64,000 nt of DNA from Nanobdellota archaeon (GTDB lineage Archaea > Aenigmatarchaeota > Aenigmatarchaeia > Aenigmatarchaeales > Aenigmatarchaeaceae). Within the stretch, counting starts at the first letter, position 1, and each line of letters begins with the position of its first letter. Under the pieces are notes generated by a model. That model saw nothing but the letters and a program-made list of their open reading frames with translations. It did not search any database and was not told the origin of the DNA. Shown in pieces: positions 57,734 to 64,000 of this stretch. Both the position numbers and the translations under genes were made by a program. Location: contig JAHIDZ010000001.1 of NCBI GenBank assembly GCA_018901755.1, positions 10,454-74,453 on the forward strand. The letters run 5' to 3'.

Positions 57734-59371
57734 CTAATATTCGCCCATTGGCATTCCACCAGGTGGCATCTGTGGCGATCTATCAAGTTTACCTGCCGAA
57801 ATAATGTCATCAATTCTTAGAATCATTTCAGCTGCTTCTGCTGCTGATTTAATTGCTTGTGTTTTTATTTTCAGCGGCTCGATTACACCAAGTGTTTTCA
57901 TATCAACTATTTGACCAGTGTATACATTTACACCGTAAGTAGTTTTACCTTCTTCATGTGCAGCTCGTATTGCAACTAAAATATCAATTGGATCTAAACC
58001 TGCGTTCTCAGCTAAAGTTCGTGGAATTATTTCCATTGCTTCTGCGAATGCAATTATAGCTAATTGTTCACGTCCATGATATTCTTGTGAAAATATTCTT
58101 AATCCATGAGACACAGCTTCTTCTGGCGAACCACCGCCAGCTACAACTTTACCAACTTCTAAAGCAGATGCAATTCCTTTTACTGAATCGGTTACAGCAC
58201 GTTCAACTTCTTCTATTACATGTTCTGTTCCGCCACGTATCAGAATAGAAACAGCTTTTGGATTAGTGCATTCTCTTACAAATATCATATTATCTCCAGC
58301 AATTTTCTTTTCTTCAACCAATCCAGCAAAACCTAAATCATCAGAAGATAAATCTTCTATATTCATTAGAACTTTTCCACCAGTTGCTCTTGCTAATTTT
58401 TCCATGTCAGATTTTTTAACACGTCTTGCCGTAGTGATTCCTTTCTTGAATAGATAATGTTGCGCCATATCATCAATTCCTTTTTGTGAAAATAATACAT
58501 TACATCCAGTTTTTACAATTTTTTCAACCATTTCTTTCAAAATTCTATCTTCTTGATTTAAGAAATTTTGTAATTGTTCTGGTGAAGTAATTTGTATTTG
58601 TGTATCTGTTTCAGGTTTTTCAATTTCTAAAGAGTAGTCGATTAAAGCAATTTTTGCATCTTTAATGCTTTTTGACATTCCAGGATGAACAATTTCTTTA
58701 TCAATTATTATTCCTCTTATTAGTTCTGTATCTTCTATTGATCCGCCAGTTTTCTTTTCAATTTGTATATTTGCTATATCTACTATAGTTTTATCATTAA
58801 CAGTTTCAGCTATGGTGTTTATTGCATCTACTGATATTTTTGCTAAATATATTGCTGCTTTTTCAGAACTTTTTCCAGTCATCGCGGTTATAGCAAGTTT
58901 ATTTAAAATATCTTTATCTTTGTATGTTATTTTTTCAGAAATTTGATCTAAAATTTCTAATGCTTTTTCTTTTGCAAATTTGTAACCTTTAGTTATGACA
59001 GTTGGGTGTATATTTTGATCTAAAAGTCCAACTGCTTTGGTTAATAATTCGCCTGCAAGAATAGCAGCTGTTGTGGTTCCGTCTCCAACTTCCTGATCTT
59101 GTGTTTTAGCTACCTCTACTAGCATCTTAGCTGCAGGATGTTCAATCTGCATTTCTTCAAGAATCGTAACTCCATCGTTAGTAATAACAATATCTCCCAT
59201 TGAATCAACTAACATCTTATCCATACCCTTTGGGCCTAGTGTAGTTCGTACTGCATCAGCCACTACTCTGGCAGCAGCTATGTTAGCATGTTGTGCTCCT
59301 TTACCCATTGCTCGAAAAGTTCCTTCTGGTAATACTAAAATTGGTTGATTCCCCATTTGATTTTGATTCAT
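57734..59371 (-). CDS. ths: Thermosome subunit (group II chaperonin)
   Basis: [27 protein letters not shown]. Confidence 0.97.
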   Translation of the reverse strand: MNQNQMGNQPILVLPEGTFRAMGKGAQHANIAAARVVADAVRTTLGPKGMDKMLVDSMGDIVITNDGVTILEEMQIEHPAAKMLVEVAKTQDQEVGDGTTTAAILAGELLTKAVGLLDQNIHPTVITKGYKFAKEKALEILDQISEKITYKDKDILNKLAITAMTGKSSEKAAIYLAKISVDAINTIAETVNDKTIVDIANIQIEKKTGGSIEDTELIRGIIIDKEIVHPGMSKSIKDAKIALIDYSLEIEKPETDTQIQITSPEQLQNFLNQEDRILKEMVEKIVKTGCNVLFSQKGIDDMAQHYLFKKGITTARRVKKSDMEKLARATGGKVLMNIEDLSSDDLGFAGLVEEKKIAGDNMIFVRECTNPKAVSILIRGGTEHVIEEVERAVTDSVKGIASALEVGKVVAGGGSPEEAVSHGLRIFSQEYHGREQLAIIAFAEAMEIIPRTLAENAGLDPIDILVAIRAAHEEGKTTYGVNVYTGQIVDMKTLGVIEPLKIKTQAIKSAAEAAEMILRIDDIISAGKLDRSPQMPPGGMPMGEY

Positions 59372-59435
59372 TATTATTCACCTCATATTTTTATGTGCAT
59401 GTAAGTATACTGCTTTTCAAAGATATTTAAAGGTT

Positions 59436-60647
59436 ATGTTTAATAAGTTCAGATTTAATATTTTTGCTATGTCAAACTATAACGCAAATATTTGGAAAAT
59501 GTATATTTTTAAATTCATGTCTAGTTTCCACCTTATTGGAGCTGTTATGGTTCCATTCTTCACAGAGTGGGGAAACATAAGTTTCTCACAGATAATGATT
59601 TTACAATCCTGGTTTATGTTATGGATGTTCATATTAGAAATCCCAACAGGAACAGTAGCTGATTTTATTGGAAGAAAACAGTCGTTGGTACTTGGTGCAA
59701 TGGTAACAGCAATAGCAGCTCTTGTTTACATCAGTTCTCCTAATTTTTACATATTTCTATTAGCTGAATTTCTATGGGCAGTTGGCGGAGCGCTAGTATC
59801 TGGAGCAGATGAAGCATTTACTTATGATACATTGAAGAAGTTAGGAAAAACCAGTATATCGAAAAAAATATTTGGAAGAATTGATAGTTTGCATCTTACA
59901 GGAATAATGATCGCGGCACCAATAGGAAGTGTTGTCGCTGCAAATTTCGGACTTACTGCGCCAATGATGTTAACGGCTGTACCAATCTCTATCGCAGCTC
60001 TGATAGGATTAACATTCAAAGAACCAAAGGTAACAAGGAAAATAGAATCAAAAAGATATTTGCTTATACTGAAAGAGGGTATGAAATATTTTTACAAAAG
60101 TAAAGTTCTGAAAATTTTAGCATTGGATATGATAGTCATAGCCACAATATCGTATTACATGATATGGTTGTACCAGCCGATGTTAAAAGGTGCTGGCGTT
60201 GATATTATGTATTTTGGTATAGTTCATTCGGCATTTGTTGCATCTCAGATACTAATAATGAATTATAATATTAAATTGGAAAAGCTTCTTGGATCTAAAA
60301 GAAGATTGATATTTTTGAGTGCACTGATAACGGGAATAATGTTTATAGTTGGAGGATTGACAAATATGCTTCCGTTAGTATTATTATCAATTATCGTGGG
60401 TGGTGGATTCGGATTATCTAGAAAACCATTATTTGCAAGCTATATCAATAAACATATTCCTTCATCGAAAAGAGCAACAGTTTTATCCACAATATATATG
60501 TTAAGGCAATTTGCAATAGCTGTAGTAAATCCTATTGTTGGTTTAGCAGTAGAGTGGTCTCTCGGAAATACATTAATAATACTTGGTGTAATAGCAGTGA
60601 TATTTTCATTCATATCTAGAATAGAAGAAAAACATTTGCTTGATTAG
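59436..60647 (+). CDS. MFS transporter (start may be 59469)
   Basis: LEIPTGTVADFIGRK, SGADEA, RATVLS; about 12 TM. Confidence 0.92.
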   Translation: MFNKFRFNIFAMSNYNANIWKMYIFKFMSSFHLIGAVMVPFFTEWGNISFSQIMILQSWFMLWMFILEIPTGTVADFIGRKQSLVLGAMVTAIAALVYISSPNFYIFLLAEFLWAVGGALVSGADEAFTYDTLKKLGKTSISKKIFGRIDSLHLTGIMIAAPIGSVVAANFGLTAPMMLTAVPISIAALIGLTFKEPKVTRKIESKRYLLILKEGMKYFYKSKVLKILALDMIVIATISYYMIWLYQPMLKGAGVDIMYFGIVHSAFVASQILIMNYNIKLEKLLGSKRRLIFLSALITGIMFIVGGLTNMLPLVLLSIIVGGGFGLSRKPLFASYINKHIPSSKRATVLSTIYMLRQFAIAVVNPIVGLAVEWSLGNTLIILGVIAVIFSFISRIEEKHLLD

Positions 60648-60720
60648 GGCCGATGGTCTAGCTCGGTATGACGCAACGTTCGCAACGTTGAAATCGTGGG
60701 TTCAAATCCCACTCGGTCCA
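60647..60720 (+). tRNA. trnA: tRNA-Ala(CGC), CCA not encoded
   Basis: GGGCCGA/TCGGTCC with G3:U70, CAACG-TTCGCAA-CGTTG, TTCAAAT. Confidence 0.95.
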
Positions 60721-60721
60721 C

Positions 60722-61630
60722 CTATTTTTTTACTTTCTTTGCTATTTTTAATATTTCTTTAGAAGTTAATTCTTTTAGATCCTTTCTTTTTATTATAGGT
60801 ATTCCTTCTACATTTTCTTCTCTAGATTCTTCAGCAATCATCACAGCTGGGCGTTCTACTGTATGTATAAATCCTCTAAGTTCTGTAGCCCGTTTTTTCA
60901 TCTTTCTTTTATTTGATTCAACATCAGATACTATCATAGTTTTTTCTTTAGCAAACACATCAAATGGTGCTTGTCTTACATAATCTATTTTAAATCCTAA
61001 TTTACTTAATTTCGATCCAACATCTTGTTCAATTATATCTTTTGGATATGTTTGTATCTTGTGCTGCACATGATTCAATATATTAATTGGTTTAATTATT
61101 TTTTTATTTAAGATACCTTCTAATTTTTGCGCAATATCTAAAACCATTCTTAATTCTTTTTTTTCATGCTCGTAGATTACTTTTTTATTTACACCAACAA
61201 TTTCGGCCAATTCTCTTTGCGTTAACTTTTTATTTTCTCTAGTCTCTTTAAGCATCTCAGAATTGATTTCTACATATAATCCGCCTTTATCTCTATAGAT
61301 TTTAGGAAATATTTCATGGGTTATTAATGAATCTAATGTCTTTGGTGAAATACACGGTATCTCAAATCTTTCATAAACTATTCCATCCTTTAATTTTTCA
61401 CGCGTAGTATTTTCACCGATAAGAATAGCAACAGCATCTAAGTTGTTAGCAATAGTTTTAAGATTATTCGCCTGCTCTCTAGAGAAGGAATCAATGTTTT
61501 GCAGTATTTTTAGTAATAATAATCTGTCTTTTTTAGCAACAATGTCAAAACAACCATTATAGTTGCATATAACATATCCAGCATTTTCCAGAGTTTTTAC
61601 TGAAACTTTCAATACTGCTTCTTTAAGCAT
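60722..61630 (-). CDS. Archaeal HTH transcriptional regulator (COG1395-like)
   Basis: CFDIVAK..LLLKILQNIDS, VYERF, GGLYV, central XRE HTH, APFD. Confidence 0.88.
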   Translation of the reverse strand: MLKEAVLKVSVKTLENAGYVICNYNGCFDIVAKKDRLLLLKILQNIDSFSREQANNLKTIANNLDAVAILIGENTTREKLKDGIVYERFEIPCISPKTLDSLITHEIFPKIYRDKGGLYVEINSEMLKETRENKKLTQRELAEIVGVNKKVIYEHEKKELRMVLDIAQKLEGILNKKIIKPINILNHVQHKIQTYPKDIIEQDVGSKLSKLGFKIDYVRQAPFDVFAKEKTMIVSDVESNKRKMKKRATELRGFIHTVERPAVMIAEESREENVEGIPIIKRKDLKELTSKEILKIAKKVKK

Positions 61631-61745
61631 ATTTTTAAATTGTTAAGATTAACTAATAAATACATAATGGGCTTGTAACTCTAACCAATTACTCTTAATT
61701 TTGAGTTCTATGGTGAATAAATATAGCTAACTGATTAATGTAAGC

Positions 61746-62519
61746 ATGAAAAATGATTTCAATAATTTTGAGGATTATTATAGCCCCAAGGACAAGAAGA
61801 AAAATATTATTCTACCAGCAAAAATGACAGAAGATTTAGCAGAAGATATTGGAATACATATTGGCGACGGTAGTATGTATCTAAATAAAAATGGTGGATT
61901 TGCGATAAGTTGTTTTGGAGATATAAATGAAGATAAAGAGCACTATCTAAAAAGAATAATACCGTTGAAACAGAAATTATTTCATGTTACAATAAAAGTT
62001 AACGGAAGAAAGGATGTGTTTGGTTTTACAATTTGTTCCAAAGCACTATATCATTTCTATCTTTTACTTGGGATACCCAATGGATCAAAAGCAAAAATAT
62101 CTCACATACCAGAAATAATCAAGGAATCTGATAAAAATATAAAATGTGCTTTTATTAGAGGTCTCGCCGATACAGATTTTTCATTGATGTTTAAAGCAAA
62201 AAGGATAAAATACGATAAACACCATTATCCAATGATTTCAGCAACATTCGCAAGCGAAAGGTTAGTTAAAGATATAAATGAAATTCTGCGAGAACTGGGT
62301 TTCAAAACCGCGATTTCAAAACGTACTTCGAAAAGATGGAATAAAGAACGCGAAGATTATAGAATAGATATCAACGGAAAAGAGAATCTAGAAAAATGGA
62401 TGAAAATGATAGGATTCAAAAACCCAAAACATTACACTAAATATCTTATTTGGAAAAAATACGGTTTCTGTGAACCAAGAAGCACTTTAGTTCAGAGAAG
62501 ACACATTTTGTCAAATTAA
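61746..62519 (+). CDS. Free-standing two-motif LAGLIDADG endonuclease-like protein
   Basis: LAEDIGIHIGDG and AFIRGLADTDF; IGFKNPKH tail. Confidence 0.88.
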   Translation: MKNDFNNFEDYYSPKDKKKNIILPAKMTEDLAEDIGIHIGDGSMYLNKNGGFAISCFGDINEDKEHYLKRIIPLKQKLFHVTIKVNGRKDVFGFTICSKALYHFYLLLGIPNGSKAKISHIPEIIKESDKNIKCAFIRGLADTDFSLMFKAKRIKYDKHHYPMISATFASERLVKDINEILRELGFKTAISKRTSKRWNKEREDYRIDINGKENLEKWMKMIGFKNPKHYTKYLIWKKYGFCEPRSTLVQRRHILSN

Positions 62520-62554
62520 TATATTTAAAGGATGTTATGTTATTCTATAAGTAA

Positions 62555-62672
62555 GGGCCCGTAACTCAGCCTGGTTAGAGTGCCAGTCTTATAAAAGAGC
62601 GTTTAGCTTTTTTAGGTGACTGCGCTTTGTAAAAACTGGAAGTCTGGAGTCCAAATCTCCACGGGCCCACCA
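62555..62672 (+). tRNA. trnI: tRNA-Ile(TAT) with a 40-nt anticodon-loop intron (~62595-62634)
   Basis: GGGCCCG/CGGGCCC acceptor; spliced arm CCAGT-CTTATAA-ACTGG; intron stem AGAGCG/CGCTTT; T loop TCCAAAT; ACCA. Confidence 0.88.
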
Positions 62673-62687
62673 TCGTGATTTGATTAT

Positions 62688-62945
62688 ATGATTCATAAAA
62701 AACTACATCATCACATTAAGAAACACCTAAGAAAACATAAAAGAAAATATGCAAAATTTATGTTGTATTTTTTAGTATTGCTTACTTTCAGTGTTATAGA
62801 AGATGTTACTGCAGTTTACATAACACAAACAGAAGAACTTATCGAAGTTGTCGGTGTGGCAATAGTATTATCTTTTATATTCACGGTTATTGGCGAATTA
62901 GTTGAAGAAGTATATTTGGCCGAAAAAAAGAAATTTAAACGTTAA
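62688..62945 (+). CDS. Small membrane protein with His/Lys-rich N-terminus
   Basis: HKKLHHHIKKH followed by two TM helices. Confidence 0.7.
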   Translation: MIHKKLHHHIKKHLRKHKRKYAKFMLYFLVLLTFSVIEDVTAVYITQTEELIEVVGVAIVLSFIFTVIGELVEEVYLAEKKKFKR

Positions 62946-63317
62946 TTATAAACATTTTTTACAATCTAAAAGTTTAGGAGAAGCACTTTTATGCATTTCA
63001 CATATCAATTTTTTCTTTCTTACCAATTTACATATTTCACAAAATTCGTCAGATGTAGATGCATAACTCATTTCTCCAGAAGCAATTTTTCCGGCAATTC
63101 TTTGTATCGCTTCTTTAACATCTTTATCCTTTTCAAGAAATGCTGTTTTAGATCCACGTATTGCTCTATAGTATTGAGATATGGCTGCTTGCGATGTTCC
63201 TAGTTTTTCTGCAGCACTCTGTTGTGTTAATTTATGTTTTTCTATTAGGTCTTTTGCAATTAATGCACGCACCGATGGTAGAAGATTCTGTACAGCCACT
63301 TCACAATAAGGTTTCAT
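62946..63317 (-). CDS. HTH transcriptional regulator (COG2522-like)
   Basis: PYCE...LPSVRALIA...TQ..AAEKLGTSQAAISQY..RG; C-terminal Cys/His. Confidence 0.88.
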   Translation of the reverse strand: MKPYCEVAVQNLLPSVRALIAKDLIEKHKLTQQSAAEKLGTSQAAISQYYRAIRGSKTAFLEKDKDVKEAIQRIAGKIASGEMSYASTSDEFCEICKLVRKKKLICEMHKSASPKLLDCKKCL

Positions 63318-63360
63318 ATAACACTGTTATATTTTTAAGCATATAAATATATTGAGTATT

Positions 63361-64000
63361 ATGAAGCCTGAATGTATTTTAATCCGAGTAGGTGAGCAAT
63401 CTCTTAAGTCAAGACAGGTCTGGTTAATTTTTAATAGAATATTAATAAAAAATATTAGAGCTTCCTTAGAAGGAATCGATTATGAATTAAAAAACGAAAC
63501 AAATAGAATATTCATTTATACGAAAGATGTTGATAAATCAATAGATCGATTAAGTAGAGTATTTGGAATAACTTCCATTTCTCCAGTTTACGTTTGTGAT
63601 GCAACGATAGAAGATATGCAAAAACTTGCTAAAATTATTTTCAAACCAGGAAAAAAGAAATTTGCTATTCGTGCAAGAAGAACGGGTATGCACAAATTTA
63701 CATCTCAAGAAATTGGAAGTAAAATAGGCTATATTATACCAGGTTCTGTGGATTTGTCAAATCCTGCGAAAGAACTTTTTGTAGAATGTAGACAGAAAAA
63801 ATCATACATGTATACTGATAAATTTGTAGGGCCAGGTGGTTTACCATTAGGTTCCGGTGGAAAAATATTTGGAATATTAAATGATGATCAAGATTTTGTA
63901 GCATGTTGGCTTCTGATGAAACGTGGATGCGAAATATTAGTAGTGTCAAATAAAAAACCTCTTGTTAGAAAATTGCAGAAGTGGCACACAGGATTGAAAA
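63361..64000 (+). CDS. thiI: ThiI-like THUMP protein with degenerate PP-loop; runs off the window edge (absent from ORF track)
   Basis: IRVGEQSLKS, RVFGITSIS, FAIRARR, VDLSNP, GPGGLPLGS, LLMKRG. Confidence 0.85.
   Translation, partial: MKPECILIRVGEQSLKSRQVWLIFNRILIKNIRASLEGIDYELKNETNRIFIYTKDVDKSIDRLSRVFGITSISPVYVCDATIEDMQKLAKIIFKPGKKKFAIRARRTGMHKFTSQEIGSKIGYIIPGSVDLSNPAKELFVECRQKKSYMYTDKFVGPGGLPLGSGGKIFGILNDDQDFVACWLLMKRGCEILVVSNKKPLVRKLQKWHTGLK

Noticed and set aside
57703-57813. N-terminal extension of the pilin ORF
   Set aside because: It overlaps the thermosome gene; the class III signal MKG starts at 57702, as in the paralog.
1-64000. CRISPR array, rRNA, reverse transcriptase/DGR or IS transposase
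   Set aside because: No regularly spaced repeats, long GC-rich structural RNA, RT motifs or DDE transposase ORF were seen by eye.

Overview
AT-rich chromosomal segment of a DPANN-type archaeon (Aenigmarchaeota-like is my inference, not a database result). Housekeeping genes: glyS, ileS, hisS, rps17e, nop5, flpA, thermosome, Sua5/TsaC, NMD3, MBF1, PINA ATPase, ADP-forming acetyl-CoA synthetase alpha and beta, and a short histone. Seven tRNA genes, three with BHB-type introns; Glu and Leu each carry two introns. An ~11 kb decaying island is integrated at tRNA-Glu, with a broken tyrosine integrase, a 14-bp att repeat, two MNT-HEPN pairs and mixed cargo. Also present: two free-standing LAGLIDADG genes, a type IV pilus locus with cassette-like pilin duplicates, and a modular adhesin. 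The most striking signal is at 299-680 on the minus strand. A well-placed ATG opens a 19-codon leader containing CTT-TGG-C. A +1 slip at this Leu-Trp pair would fuse the leader to a Trp-free winged-helix ORF that reads straight through an atypical tRNA-Trp gene. This is a candidate Trp-tRNA-sensing frameshift circuit, but a simple indel is not excluded. A tRNA-Ile with a UAU anticodon and C55 is also unusual. All calls come from reading the sequence by eye; no searches were run.
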